Origin: Asterias rubens
Lineage: Eukaryota
Assembly (NCBI RefSeq): GCF_902459465.1
Contig: NC_047079.1
Location: 5,580,001 to 5,644,000 of the forward strand
DNA length: 64,000 nt
Direction: 5' to 3'
The translations under genes were made by a program, and so were the position numbers. Within the stretch, counting starts at the first letter, position 1, and each line of letters starts with the position of its first letter. The notes below the pieces were generated by a model, which ran no database searches, was not told where the DNA came from, and saw nothing but the letters and a program-made list of their open reading frames with translations. This document shows positions 10,790 to 29,954 of the stretch, one piece after another.

Positions 10790-13700
10790 TCATCTCAATG
10801 TTTGTGTGGACTGTTGATCGCTGATGCGTAATTTCTTCACTGATTCGAGGAGGTCGTCTTGGGTTGTTTGTCTACTCAATACTCTGTCTGGGTTGGCTCT
10901 GACTGCAGCAAGAAGACCCTCTTCTCGTTTGGCCTTGGCCAACTCAGCGAGACACTGGATAAGACAAAATGGTTAAAGAAAATGTATTTTTAAATTTGTA
11001 ACAAATAAATACAAAAATAAAAGATACACAATACATAAAATGTTTAGCTTTACAGCATTAAAACTTCAGCAACAACATTAATGATTTATGGAAGAGTAAG
11101 ACAATACTAAACATAGCAGTGTTAGTTTGATAGATAAAACAAGAAATGAAGTGGTATCACTTAAAGACTAACTACCTACATAAACAATTGCGTGAACTTT
11201 TGTATATGAAGTTGTTGTTGCTACGAAAGCTCATGCAAGTTATTATGTAATTAGGGATAAGTTAGTCTTTATAAGTGCTTTAAGTGCTACCATTACCTTC
11301 CTTGTTTTACGATTTATTTACAAACACAAACCCAAGTACTTAATTACTGAAACAGCCTCCGGTTTAGTTTATTGCAATAAAGATATAGAGTGAACTTTTA
11401 CCTTGAATGTCTTTGGTTCTGTAATTGCAAGGATCGACAGGATTTTCCTGTCGAGTTGTATGTTGTACTGAAGAAGAAAAAAAGATAAAATAAAAAGTGT
11501 TAAATATCATTTTCAAATAGTACATACTTTGATATTACAGGTTTTATAACTTACTAAATATTTGTTTTTATTTTTTTAATTTTTTTTTTATGCAAGTCGC
11601 CTGACACACAAGGCCTCAAGGCCACTTCAAGGTGTGGGCTATAATTATTTTTTCCAGAGGCCTCAGGTTGTTGCAACCTACTCCTAGGGCTGAAACAGGG
11701 TTACCCCTTTCACAGTCCATACGAATGTAGGCTTGGGTATCATCAATTTAAAGCCTGGCCGGTAGAGCAGAAAGCACTACCTCCCCAATTTTATCGGCAG
11801 CAAATTGCGCCACAGCACCTTGTAAAACATTACATGGTGCTATCCAATGATTAGGTCTGTTACAGCACCAGGAGCGTCACTGAGTGATGGACAAGTGCAC
11901 TATAAAAAAAGCCACAATTATTATTATTATTATTATTATAACTCATTTGCAGACCTTTGTTAAAATCATCAGGAACAAACAGCTTGTACACATTGTTTAT
12001 AGACCTTTCTTATGTTTATAAACACGGACCACCATTTTGTATGAGCAGCTTCGGGTATCATAAAATATGTTACTTACTAGGATGGAATAAAACACTTTTC
12101 AAAAACCTCATTTAAACCCATTTGTATGAAAAACCAGTCGTGCAACATCATTGAATTTATTAATACGTGCAGATGTTGATTTCTGCATAAAAAATATAGT
12201 ATGGTCTTTTTACCCTTACACTAATGGGTTTTAGGCAATGTATTCTATGTACTCCCCAGCCGTGATCGACACTTGTGTCCTTAAACAAGACTATTCACCA
12301 TTGCTTCGTCCTTGTAAAACCTTACATGGTGCTATCCAAGGATTAGGTCTGTTAAGCCCGGTTCATACTTCCTGCGAATGCGAATGCGAAGCGAATTTGA
12401 CGTGAATTTGACGTCACACACTCCTTTCGCAGCGATTATTCGCAATGGAGTAGAGCAGAGGGCAACTGCTGCGAATTGTTTGTTGCGAATTTGTGACGTC
12501 AAGATTCGCTTCGCATTCGCATTCGCAGGAAGTATGAACCGGGCTTTACAGCACCAGGAGCGTCACTAAGTGACGGACAAGTGCATTATAGAAAAAGCCA
12601 CAATTATTCTTATTATTATAACTCATTTGCAGTACTCGGTGGCTGCTGCTAAGGATTCAAACTGGCTCTTAACATTGTATACTTACCTTGAGAAGGTTTT
12701 CCATGAATGGGCTATAGGTAATGTCATGCTCTTTTACAGCCGAGTTGATTCTGCCAATCCAAAGCTGAACATGAAAAATAAATGTAAATTAATAAATAAA
12801 TTGAAGAAAATAGAACCCAATTACTTTTTTATGGGTTTCTTTTCTATTGGCTTTGAGTGAAAACAAAAATGGGGCATGAAGTTTGTCAGAGTGTTGTGGC
12901 ACTTATGCCCTAGAGATGGGACAAACAGCCTACCGAGGGGCTTGATAATGGAGAGGAAAATCTACAAGATTACAGCTCAAATGTTTACTGGACCGAAACT
13001 CTGACCAGAATCAGCAGGAGAAGAATAAAAATGACCTCAAGTGCTTTCAAAGTCTGTCTTACTTTTCTCAGTAGTCTCTTTTTGTGTCTTCTTCCAGAAT
13101 ATGCTTTAACCCATGCTTTTTGGAGAGCACGAATAGCAATGCTGTAGCAATTGCGTCTTCTACCAAAGAAGTGCTGGAATATAAACAGAACAATATGAAT
13201 GAATGTTTATACACAAGTTCTGGAAAATAAACAAAACAATTATGAGCGTAAAGACAGGCCAGAAAGTAAACGAATAAATGAATAAATGACTTATTCGATT
13301 AAGTCGATTATGAATGATCATGACTATGTTTATCGCAATTACCGCCTGGATAATTTTGCACATTGGCTGAACAGCGTTCCCTTTTCCTTCCCATAATGCC
13401 TTTTGACTAATTTGCGAAACACACCAGAAATACACCAGATCACCAGGTACGCAGTACTATTGTGCGCAAACTAGCCTCCTGCGCAAGCACGCAATCTTAA
13501 AGCTTGCGCACGCAATATTCAAAATGGGTCGTGCAGACTTCAAGCTTTTGGTAGTGAATTTCCGTGCGGCAAATTTGTGCGTGCAGATGAAGTTTGCGCG
13601 CTACATTATGTCAAGCTCAACATGAACTGCACAGCATAAAATGACATGATTATCTGATAGGGTGCCGCCTAACGCTTGCTTGCCCAGTTCCTGGACATTG

Positions 13701-14277
13701 CCGTTTAGTAATAGTAGCCCCACTTGTGTGGCCAAGGTTAGCTCCTTGGCCACACAAGAAGTGGGGCTACGCCGTTTAGTAGAATTTTGTTTTAGTCATA
13801 ATTTTAAATATTATAAAGACCCCTTAAGAATTGTCAAGGATTCTTTTTGAAAAAGTATGATTATGAATGATGTGGTCGTGGGTGGAACAAAGTTGCAGGA
13901 ATGACTTGATGCGTGGTTCAACACTTTATTATTATTAATAAAATGCCTAAAAAAATTGCATGGAATGTCTAGTGCGAAGGCTGAAAACTGCGTGCACAAA
14001 TTTAAATAGGGCCATCAAGTTTGATTCACAGAATAAGACCCACGCCCCCCCCCAAAAAAAAAAAAAACCAACAACTACGAAGCCCCGCCTCCTCCCCGTC
14101 ATCGTGTGCGTCGTGCCGGGCCGATGTGTGTGTGCGGCAAAATAACACAAATCCACACACACAGTGTACACTGATTCGTTGAAGACTTACTTGTGTCTGA
14201 TCAAAAACAAACTTTCTTTTCCAATATGAAGAAGTTCCTCTAGATCGTATCAGTCTTGCTGCACTCAGGTGAACCAT
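10790..14277 (-). CDS. MRPL20: Mitochondrial ribosomal protein bL20m; exons 14277-14191, 13173-13063, 12764-12687, 11467-11402, 10954-10790 (168 aa)
   Basis: [29 protein letters not shown]|[37 protein letters not shown]|[26 protein letters not shown]|[22 protein letters not shown]|[18 protein letters not shown]...TLR*. The L20 motifs (WIxRI, L(N/D)RKxLxxLAxxEPxTF) are present and all introns are phase 0 GT-AG. Confidence 0.95.
12355..12545. mobile_element. Harbinger/PIF-like MITE with TTA target-site duplication
   Basis: Perfect TIR of about 42 bp (AGCCCGGTTCATACTTCCTGCGAATGCG...) flanked by TTA. The empty site is visible in the paralogous segment near 11860. A partial copy lies near 27135-27230. 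Confidence 0.9.
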
Positions 14278-14591
14278 TTTGGTGAATTAAATAAGTTCAC
14301 AATGATTTTAAAAAGGAACAGCAGACGACCTGAACCAAGTTTCGAAGAATGCATATGAGAAGAATCTTGTTTGAGAGTCAATAAGTGCAATGGATTATCA
14401 ACCAAGTAATAATAATAAGTCGTTAATTGTATTAATTATTTAATTATTTTAATACAAATATCAATAAATAATTAAATTAATTGATAAATTATTTTTATTT
14501 TGAAATAAATGTACTATCAATATCAGTTTAACATTTACTTGGCTAAAAATGAAAGCATATTAAACAATTTTTAGAACGAGGAAAAATAAAA
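14278..14591. promoter_or_regulatory. Probable bidirectional promoter shared by MRPL20 and ICMT
   Basis: Only 314 bp separate the divergent start codons at 14277 (-) and 14592 (+). Confidence 0.7.
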
Positions 14592-17180
14592 ATGGCGGTC
14601 CCGTCTGAAGGATGGTTGAGTTTACGTTGGTTTTTGCAAGGGGCTGGCATCTTAACTGTGCCATTAATTCACCAATTGGTGCGAGTGTCAGACCCAGTTA
14701 TAGCTGATGTAGTATATAATTATTTATTGGTGATTTCTGTGGCGTACATAATGGTGAATTATGCTGTTTTATTTGTGTTCCACCGGCGGAAATGCTATAG
14801 ACAGGTACCCTTTAAATTATACTTAAATAAATGTATAGTAGAAGGTTTGGTACCAACCCAAACAACTGCATATTTTATGCACACAAATTTGAATCCATAT
14901 CTGTGTGTTGATAAAATGAATAATTAAATATTATTGAATACTTCTTGTCAATGTCACTTGTTCTAAAAATGTATCTGAATCTAAAAAGGGAAGTGTCTGT
15001 ATCCTGCCACACCACATTTGCACTATTCTTTACCAATAAAATGCAAACTAAAAATAAATTTAAGTAATTTTTTTTTAATTAAAATTATTTAATTTAATTT
15101 TAAATAGAATTAGAAACAAGACTTCTTTCATATCGGCCATCGGGAGGAGGGTTGCGTTATCGCATCTATAGAATGAACAAGTGATGGCAGGATACGGATG
15201 TTTTGCCGAAATATCACAAAAAATGTATGAACTTTTGTAACTGAAATAACTAATAATGAGAAAGTTCTTTTATTTTTTATTAAAAAAATAGTATTTGATT
15301 ATTGATAGTTTTGATATGAAATCAATTACAGTGTTACAATGTAATGGTTAAAACGTCAAAGGCCCAGCAGGCCAGAGTAAATTGTTCCCACGGCACTTTC
15401 TTTCTCAATCTCCCCATTGACAATAAATTTGAGTCTATTGTTTGATATAATTTGAATTGTTCATGGTTTATCTTCCTACCAACAGATTGCCGCTCAAGCA
15501 TGCTTCATCGGGATCGTATTTGGGATTGGTCTCTCATTCTCTCTACTGCATCCACGCATCGTTGCCTTCGGCTGCTACCTGTGTGTCCTCGGTTTCTTTC
15601 ATTTCTCGGAGTACTTTTCAACGTCCATCTACAACTACGAGAGTCTGTCCATCGACTCGTTTCTCCTAAATCACAGTGTTGCTTACGCTGCCGCGGCAAT
15701 GTGCAGCTGGTGCGAGTATTTCTTAGAGTTGTATTTTTTCCCAGGTCAGTTCATTTTTGAAATTCTGTTGACCTTCACACTCTCCTTTCAAAATAGTCAT
15801 CGGAAAATTGCTGAGTCCGACCGCCACTTGTTCTTTGAACAGGACAAAGAATAACTTTATATTTAAGTTGAACCACAAATATTCTTAGTCAAAATAGCTT
15901 AAAAGCAGTCGTATTTGGCATTTTCCCCCAGGTATTTCTGGGGCACGTCTTTAGACATGCTTGATGCAAAGTGCTGATAAAGGTGGGAAATTCCCACAAA
16001 ACAGCAAAATCAGCATCCTTGAATGAAACATGAACCCCCCCCCCCACTCAAGCATAGCAAGGTGCTTTTGATCAGTAAGTAGTTTGCAACAGAGCTTAAC
16101 TACCAGTTTTCCCTGATTCTGCTGATAGTTCCCTGAAAATATACAAATCTTTCCATGTTCCAGTGAATGAATGTGAAAATCTCTCTGATTATGTACACTT
16201 TTCTAACTATATTCTAAATATTTCTGATTGTTGCTTTGTTGCTGACTGCAAAAGCAAATTTTGTCAGCTCTTTTCCAATGGCATACTTCCTGTGTTTTCC
16301 CCAACAGATATCAAGAGTGTGTGGTATATTAGCGTCTTTGGTTTGATACTATGTATCTTTGGTGAATGCCTTCGGAAAGTTTCCATGTTAACAGCCGGAA
16401 GGAGTTTTAATCATTATATCCAAACGACGCGAGCTAGTGACCATGTTCTGGTCACCCATGGTGTTTATGCATGGTCCAGACATCCGTCCTATGTCGGCTG
16501 GTTCTACTGGAGCCTAGGAACGCAGGTTTGATACATTTTGGAACTTATATTCCTTGACAACATCTGTTTCAAAAAAGCAACAGACTGCTGGACCTTTTTT
16601 TGACAGAAGCAATTTGTGCACACTGCACAGCCCCATGGAGACAAAATAGAACAGTTTATTGATATTACACCTCATGAGTTTTATCAAGTTTTGATAGAAA
16701 GAAAGGGATTACATCTCAAAACTTGTTCAACTGTTTATTTTAAAATTCTTGAGTAAATGTGGTAACTACTGTACACAATTAAAAATGACTTGTAATGTTT
16801 TACAGGATCGCATCTTGCTGCCAGAAAAATAAAATACACTCAAAGTATTTGATTTCAAACCTCATAAAAAAATTGAAGAAATATTTCAGGTTTTGTTAAA
16901 CAATAATGAGTATGTTCTTTTGAAAGGTTTTGAGTTGAATTGAAGTTTCCTCCGCTTTAAATCTACCTACATACCATTTTCTTGATCCAATCTACAGATT
17001 ATCTTGTGCAACCCCATCTGTCTTGTTGCCTACACGGTCACATCTTGGAGATTCTTCAATGAGCGGGTCGAGGACGAGGAGATAACCCTTCTTAATTTTT
17101 TCGGTGAGGACTACTTGAACTACCAGCAGAGAGTAGGCACAAAGCTGCCGTTCATCTCCGGCTTTAAGATGGAACTTTGA
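14592..17180 (+). CDS. ICMT: Protein-S-isoprenylcysteine O-methyltransferase; exons 14592-14804, 15486-15744, 16308-16525, 16998-17180 (290 aa)
   Basis: Contains FHFSEYF, SFLLNHS, GECLRKVSMLTAGRSFNHYIQ, LVTHGVYAWSRHPSYVGWFYWSLGTQ, CNPIC and RVEDEEITLLNFFGEDYLNYQQRVGTKLPFI. GT-AG junctions with consistent phases. Confidence 0.96.
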
Positions 17181-17394
17181 CCTTTCGGACCGTCGAGTCC
17201 TACGTATATTTTCTCTAATGTGTGTTGGGACAAGTGTATGTTCAAAGTATAGAAGTGTTTCCCCCTCCAGGGAAAAAAAAAAAAAAATAAAAAAAAAAAT
17301 AGAAGTGTTTCCAAACATCACACAAAGCCCAAGCAGAGGTTTAGCAAAAAGAAATGGTTTCAAGAGGGCCTTTGATTCATGCAGAAATTGCTAA

Positions 17395-17550
17395 GGGCCT
17401 TTCTCAAAGCTCGGCCTGGGGTACCGGCTCAGGCTCCGCGTACTGATATCTGTGCAATACGCGCTGCTCCAAAATGCAGGTTAAATGCAAGCTGCGTACA
17501 CAGCACGTGGAGCCTGAGCCGTAGCCCAAGCCGAGCTTTGAGAAAGGCCC
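17395..17550. mobile_element. Harbinger-like MITE downstream of the ICMT stop
   Basis: Inverted ends GGGCCTTTTCTCAAAGCTCGGC / GCCGAGCTTTGAGAAAGGCCC plus inner inverted GGCTCAGGCTCC / GGAGCCTGAGCC. Confidence 0.75.
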
Positions 17551-19898
17551 CAAGTGTGTAGTATGCTTTTTATTCAGGTGCTTGAACTTGAAACCTCAGA
17601 GAATTGCTAGGAATGTACATTGGTTACTAGACCTTTTCATAACACACTACAGTATTGTTAAATCATAAACAAAATATAGTCAGAGTACTTGTTGAACCTT
17701 TTTAGCATAACATGCAATTGCAACAGAAACATGAGGTGACTGCAAGAATAGGTTGAAGAGGGCAACGTATTGTGTCTTTCTGAATGTTTCAATTCAAGAA
17801 GCCTAATTTCAGCCAGTTTATCTGCTAAGCTGAATTGCAGTGAACCTGACACAAGCAGCATTGAATGTTTGCATTGTTTTGATTGGTGCCATGTCAATTT
17901 TTGCTTAGCAAAGCAGTTGTCAGGCAGTATGTTCTGCTAAACAGCTTCATGAAATTTGGCCCTGTATTTACAATGGGCTTTCTGAAGCACATCTGTTGAA
18001 GTGTGATAATGGTGTGAAATGTTTATTAATTCAGTGCATAATGCGATAAAAAATATAAACAAATCAACTTAGTATGTTGGTTCCAAAGATTGTATAGCAC
18101 CGGAGTTGCAAGATGGGTTACTGGAGCTCAATCTATTGTTGGGACTTGTATTCACATGGGCGCCAGTTTAGCAAGCAAATATTTCGTTATATCATTGATA
18201 TCAATGGTCATTTCTGCATTGATCTATTTGTTTCCACAAAAGAGTTGCTTGCTAAAATGGCGTCCAGTGCATTTTTCAAATTTCAGCCTAAGTTCCCCAT
18301 CTTTTGCCTTTTGTGCTCTATAATCTTTGGTTGTTTCTGAAACATTCCGTAATTAACATTACTAGTTAAGCTCAATACCTGTATGTTAATTGCTCCCAAT
18401 TGTTTATTATTGACACAGTACTGTGTAGATATTATGTTTAGTTTAACATGGATGAGAAAATTTCAGACTTTCATCTGAATTCAGACTGTTTTGTCTGCTT
18501 CGTGGACAAAAAAAAACCACCAGCTTTTATTATAGAGAAATTATTAATTAACTTTTCTTTGTACTTTTCTTGTGCCCAAGATATTCTTGTAATTGATAAC
18601 TCCAGTGTAGGAAAAAGCGGAAATGCAATCATCTAAAAATACCTCTTAAAGTTTGGATCCTTGTCCTAGACCTTCTTGTCTGCAATGACACTCCCTTGAC
18701 CCCTCAGTGCCTGCCCAATGCTTTCCATACATGTTGATGATGTCGGCATACATTTGTGTGTATCTTGACCAAATATCACCCACTTTATCACTCAGGCATT
18801 TCTTATGACAAAAATTGATGGTTTCAAGAAGACCTCAAGATTTTGAAGTACATCATGTGAAAGTCGGAGTCTAGTTTCACAATTTTTCTTACCTAAGTCC
18901 TCATACAGAAACTAAATCAATGCAATTCCTATGGGCCTCTGGCAGTCGCTGGATCCAATTAGTGTAAAGGGGGGTGGGCTTACAGTGAAATTAGGTCATG
19001 CTTGCAAACCTGACAACATTCCAGATATTTGGCTATTGTGTAATTTTTTTTTGAGGTTCCCGATAGCCTAATGACCTTCAACTTGAGATTCGCTGGAATT
19101 TGTAGGATTTCATGTTAAGGGAGTGTCTCAAATGTCAGAACGATTGCAATTTTTTTAATTGGATCTGATAAGTATCCCAGTGCATGCAAAGGGATAATGC
19201 CCTTATTCACTCCTGCAGGATTGCCTCCTTACTGTGGGACAATGATGCGGTCTACTCCAATAGATTGTAGGAATATGCGCACAAGAGCGTTCCTTTGCGC
19301 CTAGAACCTGCCCGACTTTTATGACGCTCCCTTTTTATATAACAGCCATTCCACCAGGTGTTTAAAAAAAGGAAAAATTTGACTAGTACTTTGTATATAT
19401 TTTTCAAACGTCGGTGCCCACTACAGAATGTGTGAATTATTTTTTGGGTAATCTCATCCAAGAGTATTTGAAAGAAAGATCAGGTAATATTAATTGATGA
19501 TGAAATTGTCATGCAGTTGTAGTTTATGTGTAAACTACACTCCATTTGTATGATAATGTATGATTTGTATCTTTTTATGGGCAGATTCTTTTTACAGGGA
19601 AATTTCTATGCAATTTATTTCATGCAATACATGAGTTAAATGCCTTTTACTGACATTTCTTTCTGTTTATAAACGTTGTAATTTAGTGTATATTGAAACA
19701 AGTATTATGTAGTTCTGGTGCAGCTATATTTATTTGTTGTTGCACATTGTTATTTTTTGCCAAATAAATAACATGAATATAAGTCAGATTTATGGCTGGT
19801 TATTTCTTGAATGGGTTTCCTTTTCAAGCTGAGATAATGGGATGTGGTTCAATTGGTGCACAATTTAATGTGTCAGTTTGAAAGAATTCCTGATTGAA

Positions 19899-20279
19899 AG
19901 ACAGTGGACACTTTAAGAGGTAATTGTCAAAGACCAGTCTTCTCATTTGGTGTGTCTCAACATATGCATAAAATAACACACCTGTGAAAATTAGAGCTCA
20001 ATTGGTGGTCGAAGTTGCAAGAAAATAAAGATAGAAAAAACACTCTTGTCACACAAATTTGTGTGCCTTCAGATGCTTGATTTCGAGACCTCAAATTAAT
20101 TCTAAATTTGAGGTCTCGAAATCAAATTTGCGCAAAATTACTTCTTGGAAGCTACGCACTTCAGAGGGAGCCATTTCTCACAATGTTTTATACTATCAAC
20201 AGCTCCCCATTACTCATTACCAAGTTAAGGTTTTATGCTAATAATTATTTTGAGTAATTACCAATAGTGTCCACTGCCT
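19899..20279. mobile_element. Kolobok-like MITE family A
   Basis: Ends AG(A/G)CAGTGGACAC...GTGTCCACTGCCT followed by TTAA. The internal sequence is shared with many copies in the window. Confidence 0.85.
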
Positions 20280-20707
20280 TTAAGGATTTTCTCAATAAGC
20301 CTTTAAATTTTCTTAAAAGATGGCAACATCAGTCAACAAATTATGTACAAAGAAGTAGTCCACATTGTGTCCCAACCTGTTGTTTTTGTTATTCTGGTGA
20401 TGAACAGAGTTTGTAAACCTTAATAATTATTAAATTATGGGCAGTTTTTGGTCTAGAATGAAGGAGAAACCCGGCAGGCCAATAAGGAATTTTCACAGAC
20501 GGCAAGTCTTTCTTTGCCAATGTTTGTTTACGAAAAATATTCCCACAGGTGTGTAGGATTATGGCATGTGCACCGCACAAAAGGTGTGTGATGATTTTTT
20601 TAAATAAAACTATAGAACTATAGAGGGCGCTATTTAAGATAAGTTGGTCGTCGGCCATTGCTGTATTTTACGAAGTTTTGCTCAGGAATATCAGCCAAAA
20701 ACTCACC

Positions 20708-28086
<7,379 letters not shown>

Positions 28087-28723
28087 GTTATTGAAAGCAG
28101 AATTACATGTAGAGAGCTATTTAGCTCCAAACTAACAAAGAACTTAAAACTTCATTTGTAAAAAGTGTCTTTTTAAAAAAGTTTGATGCCCAAAATGTTT
28201 AACCCTCACGGAGCGTCTCAAGGTTTAATCGAGAGGAGCTTTTTGATTGGATCGTTAAGTATTCCAGTGGGCATACACACGCACATGAATACCTGCATAC
28301 CTGAACCGGTCCGTTTGACCACCCAAAGATTTTTGGAATATTAAAAAATGCTAATAATGTGTATTTACTAGTGTAGGAATGTTGTCGGAGTTCGGCACAA
28401 TGTCGCAGTCCAGCAGAACGATCTGGATTGCGGGCATACACCTACAAGAAAAGGCTTTTCTCCCCTAGAATGTGTCTTGACTTTTGAGACACTCACTAAG
28501 GCCATGTGACCATTGCAGGAAGTTTATATTTAAGTGAATTTGGTAATCAAAGCCTGGGGAAAGTTGTGGTTCACTGGTTTCGTTTTACACTTCAAGCAGA
28601 CTCATGAAGGACCCTTACAAACAGGAATGCTACTTTGCATTCAAATTGATTTTCTCAGCTTGGCAGACCCGGGGGTGTGGGGGGGGTTGGAGTTTTGTCT
28701 GCGATTGTACAAAAATGTCTTAA

Positions 28724-29078
28724 AGGAACATGTGTGTAACCGTTTGTTATGAAATGCACATGGGTAGAAAGATGTTGTAAAAGTAGAATACAATGATCCA
28801 CACAAACAACAGCCACACAAATCCACACAGCCTCGAAATTGCACGGTTTTCCTTTTACCTCGTCGACTTACACGGTCGGCCATTATGGGAGTCAAACTGC
28901 CATAAATGGCCGACCGTGTTAGTTCGCTCAGTAAAAGGCAAACCTCGCAATTTCGAGGCAAACTTGTGTGGATCATTGTATTCTACTTTTAAATCTTTCT
29001 AACCATATGCATTTTATAAAAAATGGTTACAAACGCTTTTTATAGACCAACTCGTCCGATCCAAGGCAACGTGTTCCT
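28724..29078. mobile_element. TTAA-flanked long-TIR (foldback) MITE
   Basis: TTAA|AGGAACA...TGTTCCT|TTAA with long inner inverted arms (AAAAGTAGAATACAATGATCCACACAA / TTGTGTGGATCATTGTATTCTACTTTT). A related partial copy lies near 52435-52600. Confidence 0.8.
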
Positions 29079-29569
29079 TTAAGGCTTTCCATCATATTAG
29101 ATTGATTCATGTTTCTAAGGCTTTGTCTGAATCAAACGGCTTTGGCTATGGTTGTTGGCTCCTGTGGTTTTGTAGTAGAGGCTATTTCAGCGATCCAGCT
29201 CTTGACTTTTTGCATGACAATTCCGCACAATGTGTGCTACCGTTTCCGCCATTTTAGGAGTCCACTCCTTCATGTAAAGCTTTGACTCCAAAAATGGCCG
29301 ACAGGATAGGCGCAGGTAAGTTTGCTGCATGTCATGAAATGGGTCAATACACACTGCCAATGTCGTTAATGTGGACAATGCCTAACTGTGACCAGGTGCA
29401 AATAAACTTGTATCCATTGATTGTTAAATTGTTTCTTGCGGATTGTTTCTTTGTAAGTTTTACCCTTGCTCCCTGGGCCCACTTGCCCACAGGTTACCTC
29501 ATTCATCCAATGTCTGAAACTCTTATGTCACTTCCACACCAACACGTGAACTTAGATATGACAGTTTAA

Positions 29570-29954
29570 AGGCACTGGACACTATTGGTACTCAAAATAA
29601 TTGACAGCATAAAAACTTACTTGGTAACAACCAATGGAGAGCTGTTGGTAGTATAAAACATTGTGAGAAACGGCTCCCTCTGAAGTAAAATAGTTTTTGG
29701 GAAAGAAGTTATTTTTCACTAAAATATTTGAATTGAATTCAAGACCTTAGCTGAGGAGGTCTAGAATTCAAGGCATCTGAAAGCACACAACTTCTGTGAC
29801 AAGGGTGTTTTTTCTTCAATTATTCTCCCGCAACTTCGACAAACAATTGAGTTCAAATTTTCACAGGTTTACAGGTTTGTTATTTTGTGCATATGTTGAG
29901 ATACACCAAGTGAGAAGACTGTACTATGACAATTACCGAAGGTGTCCAGTGTCT
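29570..29954. mobile_element. Kolobok-like MITE family A (reverse orientation)
   Basis: TTAA|AGGCACTGGACAC...GTGTCCAGTGTCT|TTAA. Confidence 0.85.

Noticed and set aside
29240-29320. Back-to-back YY1-like AAAATGGCGG motifs with a GTAAGT donor, suggesting a hidden divergent gene pair
   Set aside because: The segment is an inverted repeat matching the centre of the adjacent MITE (CGGCCATTATGGGAGTC...ATGGCCGACCG). No downstream exons were found.
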